64,000 bases of DNA, taken from assembly GCA_020026115.1 (NCBI GenBank), contig JAHHQY010000003.1, positions 4,919 to 68,918 on the forward strand, written 5' to 3'. Below the pieces are notes generated by a model. That model ran no database searches. It saw nothing but the letters and a program-made list of their open reading frames with translations, and was not told where the DNA came from. Both the position numbers and the translations under genes were made by a program. Positions 50,953-63,781 of the stretch are shown one piece after another (within the stretch, counting starts at the first letter, position 1; every line of letters begins with the position of its first letter). The DNA is from Actinobacillus sp. GTDB lineage: Bacteria > Pseudomonadota > Gammaproteobacteria > Enterobacterales > Pasteurellaceae.

Positions 50953-51756
50953 ATGGAAATTACAACTTTACAAATCGTTCTCGTCTTCCTTGTTTCCTGT
51001 ATTTCAGGGATGGGGTCTATTCTTGATGAATGGCAAACGCACCGCCCATTAATCGCATGTACCTTAATTGGTTTAGTTTTAGGTGATATGACAACAGGGA
51101 TTATCATCGGCGGTACGCTTGAACTTTTAGCTTTAGGTTGGATGAATATCGGGGCCGCTTTAGCGCCTGATGCCGCTTTAGCTTCAATCGTGTCAACAAT
51201 TTTAGTTATTGTAGGTAATGAACCTATTACAACAGGTATTGCAATTGCTATTCCATTAGCTGCAGCAGGACAAGTATTAACTTATATCGTGCGTGCCATT
51301 ACGGTGGGTTTCCAACATGCAGCAGACCGCTCAGTGCGTGATGGTAATTTAACTTGGTTAAGTTGGGTGCATTGTACCGCACTTCTTTTACAAGCTATGC
51401 GTATTGCTATTCCAGCCTTAGTTGTTGTTTTAACCGCAGGTACAGATACGGTACAAGCAATGTTACACGCAATTCCACCAGTGGTAAGTGATGGCTTGCG
51501 TATTGCAGGGGGCATTATCGCTGTTGTGGGTTATGCAATGGTGATCAATATGATGCGTGCTGGCCACTTAATGCCGTTCTTCTATGCAGGTTTCGTTATT
51601 GCAGCTTATACAGAATTTAACTTAGTAGCACTTGGTGTACTAGGTGGGGTTATGGCCATTCTTTATATCCAACTTCATCCTAAATACAACAAAAGCCAAC
51701 AAGTCGTACAAGTTGTAGCGAATGGTAACAATGATTTAGACAACAGATTAGATTAA
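50953..51756 (+). CDS. manY: PTS mannose-family EIIC component
   Basis: 267-aa polytopic protein in the ManY position with ManY-like sequence. Confidence 0.9.
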   Translation: MEITTLQIVLVFLVSCISGMGSILDEWQTHRPLIACTLIGLVLGDMTTGIIIGGTLELLALGWMNIGAALAPDAALASIVSTILVIVGNEPITTGIAIAIPLAAAGQVLTYIVRAITVGFQHAADRSVRDGNLTWLSWVHCTALLLQAMRIAIPALVVVLTAGTDTVQAMLHAIPPVVSDGLRIAGGIIAVVGYAMVINMMRAGHLMPFFYAGFVIAAYTEFNLVALGVLGGVMAILYIQLHPKYNKSQQVVQVVANGNNDLDNRLD

Positions 51757-51769
51757 TGGAGAGATGATC

Positions 51770-52606
51770 ATGACAACTGAAATGAAAAAAGTAACTAAAG
51801 GCGACTTAAATCGTGTCGTGCTTCGCTCTAACCTTTTCCAAGGTTCTTGGAACTTTGAACGTATGCAAGCGTTGGGTTGGATGTTCTCCATGGTTCCTGT
51901 GATTAAACGTTTATATCCGGATCCAAACTCACAAGAACGTAAAGACGCGATTAAACGTCACTTAGAATTCTTTAATACACAACCCTTTATGGCCGCGCCT
52001 GTTTTAGGTGTAACCATCGCGATGGAAGAAGAACGTGCCAACGGTAAAGATATCGATGACGGTGCGATCAACGGTATTAAAGTGGGTATGATGGGGCCGT
52101 TAGCTGGGGTAGGTGACCCAATTTTCTGGGGAACAGCCCGTCCTGTATTTGCTGCGCTCGGTGCAGGTTTAGCATTAAGCGGTAGTATTTTAGGTCCATT
52201 ACTCTTCTTTATTTTGTTCAATGCAGTACGTCTTGCAACACGTTACTATGGCGTAACATATGGTTACCATAAAGGCTTGGATGTTGTACAAGATATGTCA
52301 GGCGGTTTATTACAAAAACTGACTGAAGGGGCGTCCATTCTCGGCTTGTTTATTATGGGGGCGTTAGTCCAAAAATGGACAAGTGTGAATGTGCCGTTGG
52401 TGGTCTCAGAAATTGCAAAACAAGATGGCACAATTGAAGTCACCACAGTACAAAATATTTTAGATAGTTTAATGCCAGGTTTATTACCACTTTGCTTTAC
52501 TTTTGCATGTATGTGGTTGTTACGAAACCGTGTGAATGCACTTTGGATTATCATCGGCATTTTCGCCGTGGGTATTTTCGGTGCGGCAACAGGTATTTTG
52601 GCTTAA
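51770..52606 (+). CDS. manZ: PTS mannose-family EIID component
   Basis: It is close to E. coli ManZ (RSNLFQGSWNFERMQALG, GDPIFWGT). The ATG at 51770 lies 6 nt after GGAGAG. Confidence 0.92.
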   Translation: MTTEMKKVTKGDLNRVVLRSNLFQGSWNFERMQALGWMFSMVPVIKRLYPDPNSQERKDAIKRHLEFFNTQPFMAAPVLGVTIAMEEERANGKDIDDGAINGIKVGMMGPLAGVGDPIFWGTARPVFAALGAGLALSGSILGPLLFFILFNAVRLATRYYGVTYGYHKGLDVVQDMSGGLLQKLTEGASILGLFIMGALVQKWTSVNVPLVVSEIAKQDGTIEVTTVQNILDSLMPGLLPLCFTFACMWLLRNRVNALWIIIGIFAVGIFGAATGILA

Positions 52607-52620
52607 TTTCAATAAGTTTA

Positions 52621-52638
52621 CGCCCTCTTCGGAGGGCG
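52621..52638 (+). terminator. stable UUCG-tetraloop hairpin between manZ and yobD
   Basis: CGCCCTC-ttcg-GAGGGCG, with only a weak T tail (CTTTCGTTT) before the yobD ATG. Confidence 0.45.
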
Positions 52639-52647
52639 CTTTCGTTT

Positions 52648-53112
52648 ATGATGATAAATATAATTTTACTCGCCAGTATTGGCGTTTTTTTACTTTATGC
52701 CCTATACGATCAATGGGGAATGAATCGCCTTAAGGGTAAAACCTTATTAAAAATTACGGTGCAAAAACGCACCAAAATGGACGCGCTCATTTTTATCGTG
52801 TTAATGGGGATTTTAATCTATCAAAACCAAGGGCAAATTCCGATTGTCACATTGTATTTATTGGCTTTTGCTATTTTATTAAGTTTGTATATGGCGTTTT
52901 TCCGCAAAGCGTTTATTTATTTCAAGCAAGAAGGCGTATTTTTTGATAATTTTTTTGTGGATTATCGCAAAATTGCGCACTTGAATTTAACTCAAGATCA
53001 TTTTTTAGTTATGGATTTAACAAATGGAAAACGCTTAAGTGCAAAATTGGCAGAAAAGGAAGACGAAAAACGTATTTTCGCTTTTTTTAATCACTCAAAG
53101 GAAAAGAAATAA
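52648..53112 (+). CDS. yobD: YobD family membrane protein (UPF0266/DUF986)
   Basis: 154 aa from ATG 52648, ..YDQWGMNRLKGKTLL.. parallels E. coli YobD, which also follows manZ. The longer ORF from 52492 overlaps manZ and is rejected. Confidence 0.75.
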   Translation: MMINIILLASIGVFLLYALYDQWGMNRLKGKTLLKITVQKRTKMDALIFIVLMGILIYQNQGQIPIVTLYLLAFAILLSLYMAFFRKAFIYFKQEGVFFDNFFVDYRKIAHLNLTQDHFLVMDLTNGKRLSAKLAEKEDEKRIFAFFNHSKEKK

Positions 53113-54317
53113 TGCAAAAAATTTACTTATTACAAGGCCATACTCAGCCTTATGCTTGGGGTGGTTCAAAATATTTAGCTCAACTTTTAGGGCAAGACAA
53201 TCCTAAAAATCAGCCTCGCGCCGAATATTGGTTAGGAAGCCATCGTGCTTTGCCTTCGGAAGTACAAACGGAAAAAGGTTTTGTTGCCTTAAATGAATTT
53301 TTACTTGAAAATCCTCAAGCCTTAGGGGAGAAAAGTCGCCAACAATTTGCGGATAACCTTCCGTTTTTATTAAAAATTCTCGATGTGGCTCAACCACTTT
53401 CTATTCAATTACATCCAACCAAAGCACAAGCAGAACAAGGTTTTGCGCAAGAAGAATTAGCACAAATTCCCTTAACGGCAAAAAATCGCACTTATAAAGA
53501 TAATAACCATAAACCAGAAATGATGTTGGCCTTATCGGATTTTTGGCTGTTACATGGCTTTAAAAAGAAAGCGGATATTTTAGCCACCTTAAAAGCGCGT
53601 CCTTCTTTGCATTCTTTAGCGAAATTATTAACGGAAAAAAGTTTACATGATTTTTACGCCGAGGTAATGCAAGCAGATCAAGTACAATTAAGCGCTTGGT
53701 TGCTTCCTATTTTAGCGAGCCAACAAGCAGGATTTTTAGCGGGTAAATTAGCCTTAGATAATCCAGATTATTGGCTTTTTTACACCATTAACGCCATGCA
53801 AATTCCGCTGGATAAATTAGATGCAGGTTTATTGTGTTTTTATTTATTTAATTTAGTGCATTTAAAGCCAGGAGAGGCTATTTTCCAAGGCGCAGGCGTG
53901 CCACATGCTTATTTGCGTGGGCAAAATATTGAACTTATGGCAGGTTCGGATAACGTTATTCGTGGCGGATTAACACCTAAGTATGTGAATATTCCAGCTT
54001 TATTAGAGATTGTTGATTGCACGGAAATTACGCCAAATATTTTACCACCTGCGAAAGATGCGGAAGGTATTTTCCCGTTTGCGCACTTTGTACCAGATTT
54101 CGCTTTAAGTCAGATGAATTTTAAAGCAAAAAGCCATTTTGCTTTGCAAGCAGAAAATGCGCAAATTTTATTAGTGATGGAAGGAGAAATAACTCTGAGG
54201 GCAGAAAATGAGTGTTTAACCTTAAAGCAAGGGGAAAGCGCGTTTATTACCGCCAAAACCGCCTATGAAATAGATGGAAATCGCTCAGGATTTGCTATTC
54301 TTGCCACATTACCTTAA
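53112..54317 (+). CDS. manA: mannose-6-phosphate isomerase, class I
   Basis: 401 aa with the motifs YAWGG, LPFLLKILDVAQPLSIQLHP and GVPHAY. The ATG overlaps the yobD stop by 1 nt. Confidence 0.9.
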   Translation: MQKIYLLQGHTQPYAWGGSKYLAQLLGQDNPKNQPRAEYWLGSHRALPSEVQTEKGFVALNEFLLENPQALGEKSRQQFADNLPFLLKILDVAQPLSIQLHPTKAQAEQGFAQEELAQIPLTAKNRTYKDNNHKPEMMLALSDFWLLHGFKKKADILATLKARPSLHSLAKLLTEKSLHDFYAEVMQADQVQLSAWLLPILASQQAGFLAGKLALDNPDYWLFYTINAMQIPLDKLDAGLLCFYLFNLVHLKPGEAIFQGAGVPHAYLRGQNIELMAGSDNVIRGGLTPKYVNIPALLEIVDCTEITPNILPPAKDAEGIFPFAHFVPDFALSQMNFKAKSHFALQAENAQILLVMEGEITLRAENECLTLKQGESAFITAKTAYEIDGNRSGFAILATLP

Positions 54318-54321
54318 AGCT

Positions 54322-54362
54322 TCGCGCCGAAAATTTGAATTTTTTGCAAATTTTCGGCGCGC
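54322..54362. repeat. motif inverted pair (hairpin)
   Basis: TCGCGCCGAAAA-17 nt-TTTTCGGCGCGC, between manA and prfA. Confidence 0.85.
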
Positions 54363-54430
54363 TTGCTATCTCTCATCTTGGATTTCCGCTAAAATAAGCA
54401 AATTTTGTGCCGAATAATTTAAGGAAAACA

Positions 54431-55505
54431 ATGAAAGCATCGATTATTACCAAATTAGAAAGTTTAAAAGAGCGTCACGAAGAGCTTGAAGCCTTATTAG
54501 GGGACGTTTCTGTTATTAGTGATCAAGATAAATTTCGTGCTTATTCAAAAGAATATGCACAATTAGAAGACGTGGTGAAATGTTTTGCCCGTTGGAGCCA
54601 ATTACAAGAGGATTTAGAAGGCGCGAAAATGTTGCTGGAAGATCCTTCAATGAAAGAAATGGCAGAAGAAGAAATTCAAATGTGTGAAGAAGAAATCACA
54701 CGAATCGAAGAGGAATTACAAATTCTTCTGTTACCAAAAGATCCAAATGATGAATATAACGCTTATTTAGAAATTCGCGCAGGAACAGGTGGCGATGAAG
54801 CAGGAATTTTCGCCGGCGATTTATTCCGTATGTACAGCCGTTATGCTGAAAGCAAACGCTGGCGCGTAGAAATGTTAAGTGCCAACGAAAGCGAACAAGG
54901 CGGATATAAAGAAGTTATCGTCAAAATTAGCGGAGATAACGTCTATGGCCAATTAAAATTTGAATCAGGCGGTCATCGCGTACAACGTGTACCAAAAACG
55001 GAATCTCAAGGTCGTATTCACACTTCCGCTTGTACCGTTGCGGTTATGCCGGAATTACCAGAAAGTGAATTGCCAGAAATTAATCCATCGGATTTACGAA
55101 TTGATACTTACCGCTCATCAGGTGCAGGTGGTCAGCACGTTAATACAACAGATTCTGCGGTGCGTATTACCCATATCCCAACGGGGATTGTTGTAGAATG
55201 TCAAGATGAACGTTCACAGCATAAAAATAAAGCCAAAGCGATGTCTGTTTTAGCTTCTCGTATTGTTCAAGCAGAAGAGCAAAAACGTGAGCAGGAACAA
55301 TCAGATACGCGCCGAAATTTATTAGGCTCAGGGGATCGTTCCGACAAAATTCGCACCTACAACTATCCGCAAGGACGTGTAACGGATCATCGAATTAACT
55401 TAACCCTTTATCGTTTAGATGAAATTATGAATGGTAAAATTGAAGAGTTAATTCAGCCAATCATTACCGAATACCAAGCAGATCAATTAGCCGCACTATC
55501 GGAAA

Positions 55506-55513
<8 letters not shown>
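54431..55513 (+). CDS. prfA: peptide chain release factor 1
   Basis: ATG at 54431 follows AAGGA. The PxT-type recognition region and GGQ ([21 protein letters not shown]) are present. Confidence 0.96.
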
Positions 55514-57234
<1,721 letters not shown>

Positions 57235-57250
57235 GGAAAAATCAATGAAA

Positions 57251-57277
57251 AGCCTGAATTTTTCAGGCTTTTTTTTA
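57251..57277 (+). terminator. kdsA terminator
   Basis: AGCCTGAA-ttt-TTCAGGCT followed by T8. Confidence 0.8.
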
Positions 57278-57291
57278 TAGAAATAAAAAAA

Positions 57292-57315
57292 CTCGCACCG
57301 AAATTTCGGCGCGAG
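57292..57315. repeat. motif inverted pair, back to back
   Basis: CTCGCACCGAAATTTCGGCGCGAG, between the kdsA terminator and the aspA 3' end. Confidence 0.9.
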
Positions 57316-57342
57316 TTTAATTTTAATTTAAAGCAAAGGGTC

Positions 57343-58758
57343 TTATTTATTTAATTTTGCTTTGTAAGTTGGGTTCATTAAGTTTTCCACAGAAAGAATA
57401 TCATCTAATTCTTGTTCGGTTAAAAGACCCATTTCTAAAACAACTTCACGTACGCCTTTACCGGTTTCTGCGCAAGTTTTACCAATGATGTCGCCGTTGT
57501 GGTGACCGATAAATGGATTTAAGTAAGTAACGATACCGATTGAATTTAACACATAGTTACGGCAAATATTTTCGTTTACGGTAATGCCATCGATACATTT
57601 ATCGCGTAAGTTTACACAAGCGTTACCTAAAATGCTTAAGCTTTCAAACATAGCTTGTCCGATAACCGGTTCCATAACGTTTAATTGTAATTGACCTGCT
57701 TCAGCGGCCATAGTAACTGTGGTGTCGTTACCGATAACTTTAAAGCAAACTTGGTTGACAACTTCAGGAATTACAGGGTTTACTTTAGCCGGCATAATTG
57801 AAGAGCCAGCTTGTAATTCTGGTAAGTTGATTTCATTTAAGCCAGCGCGAGGACCAGAAGAAAGTAAACGTAAGTCATTACAAACTTTAGAAAGTTTCAC
57901 CGCTGTGCGTTTTAATGCGCTGTGCATCATAACGTAAGCACCGCAATCAGAAGTCGCTTCAATTAAGTTTTCAGCTAATTTGCAAGGGAAACCAGTAATT
58001 TCAGCTAAATATTTAACGGCTAATTCAGAATAACCTGCAGGCGCATTTAAGCCCGTACCGATAGCTGTTGCCCCTAAGTTAACTTCAAGTAAATATTCCG
58101 CAATGCGATTTAAGTTACGAACTTCTTCGTCTAAAAGAACAGAGAATGCTTTAAATTCTTGACCAACAGTCATTGGCACCGCATCTTGTAATTGAGTGCG
58201 TCCCATTTTTAAAACTTTAGCAAATTCTTCTGCTTTTGCATCGAAACCAACTTTTAAGTATTGGATTTTTTCAATTAATTGAAGAACGCTCATATAAACC
58301 GCTAAACGGAAACCAGTAGGGTAGGCGTCATTGGTAGATTGGCTTGCGTTAACGTGGTCGCAAGGGTCGATATATTGATATTCCCCTTTTTTGTGGCCTA
58401 AAATTTCTAAGGCAAGGTTAGCGACAACTTCATTGGCATTCATATTAACGGAAGTTCCTGCGCCACCTTGGAAAACGTCGGTTGGGAATTGATCTAAACA
58501 TTTGCCTGTATTTAAGATTTCATCACAAGCTTTGACAATTGCGTCGGCCACATTTTGTGGAATGGCGCCTAATTCACCATTTGCTAATGCCGCAGCTTTT
58601 TTTTCCATTACCATGCCACGAACAAAAGCCGGTACATCAGAAATTTTCACATCAGAAATGTTGAAATTTTCTTTTGCACGTAAAGTATGAATGCCCCAAT
58701 AAGCATCAGCCGGTACTTCACGTTTGCCTAGTAAATCTTCTTCAATACGCATGTTCAT
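57343..58758 (-). CDS. aspA: aspartate ammonia-lyase
   Basis: Colinear with E. coli AspA, including the [11 protein letters not shown] signature. The start is ATG 58758 or 58752 (GTG at 58761 is also open). Confidence 0.95.
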   Translation of the reverse strand: MNMRIEEDLLGKREVPADAYWGIHTLRAKENFNISDVKISDVPAFVRGMVMEKKAAALANGELGAIPQNVADAIVKACDEILNTGKCLDQFPTDVFQGGAGTSVNMNANEVVANLALEILGHKKGEYQYIDPCDHVNASQSTNDAYPTGFRLAVYMSVLQLIEKIQYLKVGFDAKAEEFAKVLKMGRTQLQDAVPMTVGQEFKAFSVLLDEEVRNLNRIAEYLLEVNLGATAIGTGLNAPAGYSELAVKYLAEITGFPCKLAENLIEATSDCGAYVMMHSALKRTAVKLSKVCNDLRLLSSGPRAGLNEINLPELQAGSSIMPAKVNPVIPEVVNQVCFKVIGNDTTVTMAAEAGQLQLNVMEPVIGQAMFESLSILGNACVNLRDKCIDGITVNENICRNYVLNSIGIVTYLNPFIGHHNGDIIGKTCAETGKGVREVVLEMGLLTEQELDDILSVENLMNPTYKAKLNK

Positions 58759-58884
58759 CACTATGTCCTTTGTTAATTGTGTTTAAATCGCCGCTTGTAC
58801 TTCAAAGCGAACCAAAAAAAAGAATGGCTTGAAAGGCTGTTCTTTCGTTGTGCGGGCATTATAAAAAACTCACTTATAAAAAAA

Positions 58885-58900
58885 CGTGATCAAGATCACT
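58885..58900. promoter_or_regulatory. CRP binding site upstream of aspA
   Basis: aaCGTGAtcaagaTCACTtt (8/10, GTGA/TCAC cores intact). The centre is about 41.5 nt upstream of the TSS implied by a minus-strand TATAAT at 58863-58858. Confidence 0.55.
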
Positions 58901-58959
58901 TTTTTTACCTTATTTCACAAGGATTTATTTAATTTTTGTTATTAGATTTTTTAATGCAT

Positions 58960-58974
58960 TCGCACCGAAAAAAA
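58960..58974 (+). repeat. motif, single copy
   Basis: TCGCACCGAAAAAAA, in the divergent aspA/groES intergenic region, just upstream of the sigma-32 promoter. Confidence 0.85.
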
Positions 58975-59000
58975 GGAAGGATTTTTTTTCAAACTTTATG

Positions 59001-59028
59001 CTTGAAAGTGCAGAAAACCGCCCCATAT
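59001..59028 (+). promoter_or_regulatory. sigma-32 (heat-shock) promoter of groES-groEL
   Basis: CTTGAAA (59001-59007), a 13-nt spacer, then CCCCATAT (59021-59028). This matches the sigma-32 consensus CTTGAAA-N13/14-CCCCATnT. Confidence 0.8.
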
Positions 59029-59070
59029 TTGCCTTCATTATTTTTATGAACAAACAAAAGGAAAGAGAAA

Positions 59071-61027
<1,957 letters not shown>

Positions 61028-61057
61028 TTCTCAACGCCTTGCTTTAAGCAATCCAAG

Positions 61058-61092
61058 AAGTGCGGTTATTTTTAAAATAATCGCACTTTTTT
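61058..61092 (+). terminator. groEL terminator containing a perfect Hin-type USS core
   Basis: AAGTGCGGTTATTTT-t-AAAATAATCGCACTT followed by T-rich sequence. The 5' arm carries AAGTGCGGT at 61058-61066. Confidence 0.8.
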
Positions 61093-61164
61093 GTTGCGCG
61101 CTATCTTGGCATTGCTATAATGTTCGGCTAATTTTTCTACGTATTACTTCAGTTAAGGTTTGTT

Positions 61165-61797
61165 ATGGATTTTTCAATTTACCTACAATATTTCGTGAGT
61201 TTAATCGCCTTGGTTAACCCCATTGGCGTTATTCCTATTTTTTATTCAATGACACAAGATTTCCCTAAAGAAGAGCAAGATCGCATGGTGTTCATTACCT
61301 GTTTTTCTTTAGTTACTATGTTGTTAGTCAGCTTTTTCTTTGGCAACTTCATCTTAAATTCATTTAGTATTTCCATTGATTCATTCCGTATCGCAGGCGG
61401 TATCGTGGTGGCAATTATTGCCTTAACCATGATTAACGGGAAAATCGGTGAAAATAAAATGAATAAAGAAGAAAAAGATGTTAATGTCGAAAGCTATACA
61501 AATCTTGCAATCGTACCTTTAGCGATGCCTTTAATGGCAGGCCCTGGTGCATTGAGTGCCTCTATTGTGTTTGGTATTAACTCTCATACTTTTGAAAGCT
61601 ATGCCTATTCTTCACTAACCATTATTTTATTTGGTTTAGGTTGTTACTTATTATTACGCTATTCAAAACCATTGATGAAACGCTTAGGTCGTACAGGCGT
61701 TAACGTGGTAACGCGTATTATGGGTTTAATCCTATTATCTCTTGGTGTTGAAATGATCGTGACCGCTTTACGCAACTTCGGCATCATCGCCCAATAA
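61165..61797 (+). CDS. MarC family (UPF0056) membrane protein
   Basis: 210-aa polytopic protein with N-terminal ..ALVNPIG.IPIF.. and ..PLAMPLMAGPGA.. motifs typical of MarC/YhgN. Confidence 0.8.
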   Translation: MDFSIYLQYFVSLIALVNPIGVIPIFYSMTQDFPKEEQDRMVFITCFSLVTMLLVSFFFGNFILNSFSISIDSFRIAGGIVVAIIALTMINGKIGENKMNKEEKDVNVESYTNLAIVPLAMPLMAGPGALSASIVFGINSHTFESYAYSSLTIILFGLGCYLLLRYSKPLMKRLGRTGVNVVTRIMGLILLSLGVEMIVTALRNFGIIAQ

Positions 61798-61800
61798 TCA

Positions 61801-61814
61801 CTCGCACCGAAAAA
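61801..61814 (+). repeat. motif, single copy at the core/lic-island boundary
   Basis: CTCGCACCGAAAAA, 3 nt after the stop of the marC-family gene. No further copy occurs in the remaining 2.2 kb. Confidence 0.85.
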
Positions 61815-61833
61815 TTGCTATAAAATAAAAGAA

Positions 61834-61874
61834 AGCAAAATTATAACTAATTGATTTTGCTTTTTTTTTTTTTT
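61834..61874 (+). terminator. terminator after the marC-family gene with an unusually long T14 tail
   Basis: AGCAAAAT-12 nt-ATTTTGCT, then T14 (61861-61874). Confidence 0.55.
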
Positions 61875-61958
61875 AATTTTTTTATAAAAACTAAAGTTGG
61901 AAAAGAAAGTTGTTAACGTGTATAATGTGGCGGTTTTTTGTTTTTATAAAGTATCGCT

Positions 61959-62864
61959 ATGAAAGAATTAAAAAAAATTATCAGTGAAAAATTAAAGATA
62001 GATTTATCAAAAGTCGAAAGTGTTAATTTTTTAGGTGGAATGACAAATCAAAACTATTTAGCCAAGGTTATTGATACAACTTCTCAAGTACAGGAATATG
62101 TATTAAGAGTACCTGGTGCTATGACACAATCTTTAATTTCGAGAAAAAATGAAGCATCAAATAGCAAAATTACATCAGATTATAAATTTAACGTTGAAAC
62201 CTGTTATTTTGACGCTAAAACAGGTATTAAAATTACTAAATATTTAAAAGATAGTAAAACATTAGATCATGAAAGCATTAAAAATACTGAAGTGATTATT
62301 GATGTGGCTAATAATTTGAAAAAATTACATTCTTCAGATATTAAATTTGAAAATGAATTTAATGTTTTTACAAAATATGATGATTATTTGTCATTATTAA
62401 AAGAGAAAGATAAATTTTTTAAATATCATACCCAAATGGATGAAATTTTATTGTTTTGGGAAAAAGTAAGAGAATACTTTGAATATAATAAGCCAAAACT
62501 ATCACCTTGTCATAATGATTTAGTACCTGAAAATATCTTATTTAAAGAAAGATATTATTTCATTGATTGGGAATATTCAGGAATGAATGATTTATATTTT
62601 GATCTTGCTGCATTTTTGCTTGAATCTAGAATTGAGATCAAATATGAAACTTTATTTTTAAAAAGTTATTTTGATAAAGAGAATATTAGCGAAGAGAAAA
62701 ATATTGTTCGTTTATATCAATTTACACAAGATTTATTATGGACTCTGTGGACAGTTATTAAAGAAGAAAATAATGAGTTTTTTGAAGGGTACGGAGAAAA
62801 ACGAATAACAAGCGCCATTAGAATTATGAATGAATTAAAAGTAAATGGTTTTTTTAATGAATAA
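61959..62864 (+). CDS. licA: choline kinase LicA-like (phosphotransferase family)
   Basis: 301 aa with GGMTNQNYL, the catalytic HNDLVPENILF and IDWEYSGMND. It is the first gene of an AT-rich licA-licB-licC cluster. Confidence 0.8.
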   Translation: MKELKKIISEKLKIDLSKVESVNFLGGMTNQNYLAKVIDTTSQVQEYVLRVPGAMTQSLISRKNEASNSKITSDYKFNVETCYFDAKTGIKITKYLKDSKTLDHESIKNTEVIIDVANNLKKLHSSDIKFENEFNVFTKYDDYLSLLKEKDKFFKYHTQMDEILLFWEKVREYFEYNKPKLSPCHNDLVPENILFKERYYFIDWEYSGMNDLYFDLAAFLLESRIEIKYETLFLKSYFDKENISEEKNIVRLYQFTQDLLWTLWTVIKEENNEFFEGYGEKRITSAIRIMNELKVNGFFNE

Positions 62865-63780
62865 TTATAAAGGCATTATAGCAGGCTTAGTGTCAGGTTT
62901 ACTTTGGGGAATTACAGGGATTTTATATGCAAAATTAAATATAAATTACCCTGTTACAACGGTAATTTCTGTTATTTTAAGTTTGTTATTTTTAGTTGAA
63001 CTCATAAGTGGTGCTTTAGTTGGCTCATCTATAGTTGTTTTATATAAAAGAAACATATTAAAAGAGTTAAACCGAAAAACAATATTATTAGCGATGTTAC
63101 TTGGCGTCATTGGCGGGCCGGTCGGAATGCTTTGTTATTTACAAGCAATATCATTAATTGGGGTAGGTTATGCTGCACCAATTTCGTCTATATATCCAGT
63201 ATTTGGTGCTTTATTATCATTATTTTTCTTAAAAGAAAAAATGACAAAATATGCGATTTTAGGCGGTCTTTTAACACTAGGTTCAACTTTTTTATTATCA
63301 CTCGATATACATGATGGGACATTTTCGCTTATAGGTTTAAGTTTAGCATTGATTTGTGCTTTAAGTTGGGGCAGTGAAATAGTTCTATCTTCTTATGTTA
63401 TGAAAATTATGGGTAACTTAACAGCTTCAAAATATGCCTATTTTTTAAGACAGGTAGGGGCGGCGAGTGGCTATTTTATTTTATTAGTATTTTTAAAAGT
63501 AAATATTTTTGAACTATCAAACAATTTTAAAGATATAACATTTGATTTATTTTTATTATTTATTGTTTTGTCTTCAATGTTTTCTTATATGCTCTATTAT
63601 TTTGCTATTGATAAACTAAAGCCAATAAAAGCAATGATGTTAAATATTACTTATGGCGTTTGGATTGTTATATTTGGTATTTTATTGGGAGATAATTCAT
63701 TTGAAGTATCTAAATTTTTATTGGTTTGTGGAATATTAATTGGTTCCATTATTGTATTAAAGTCTAAAAAGGAAATATAA
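62857..63780 (+). CDS. licB: choline permease LicB-like (EamA/DMT family)
   Basis: About 307-aa, 10-TM DMT-type protein. The ATG at 62857 overlaps the licA stop by 8 nt. Confidence 0.7.
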   Translation: MNNYKGIIAGLVSGLLWGITGILYAKLNINYPVTTVISVILSLLFLVELISGALVGSSIVVLYKRNILKELNRKTILLAMLLGVIGGPVGMLCYLQAISLIGVGYAAPISSIYPVFGALLSLFFLKEKMTKYAILGGLLTLGSTFLLSLDIHDGTFSLIGLSLALICALSWGSEIVLSSYVMKIMGNLTASKYAYFLRQVGAASGYFILLVFLKVNIFELSNNFKDITFDLFLLFIVLSSMFSYMLYYFAIDKLKPIKAMMLNITYGVWIVIFGILLGDNSFEVSKFLLVCGILIGSIIVLKSKKEI

Positions 63781-63781
63781 C

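Noticed and set aside
52492-52647. Extension of the yobD ORF back into manZ, and the ORF at 52536-52733.
   Set aside because: It overlaps the manZ coding region and crosses the manZ terminator hairpin. Alignment to E. coli YobD supports the start at 52648.
58789-58800. Near Apl-type USS (ACAAGCGGC on the minus strand) and several other 8/9 matches to the Hin-type or Apl-type cores (for example 26473, 33507, 42722).
   Set aside because: About a dozen one-mismatch hits to a 9-mer are expected by chance in 64 kb on two strands, and no perfect Apl-type core was seen.
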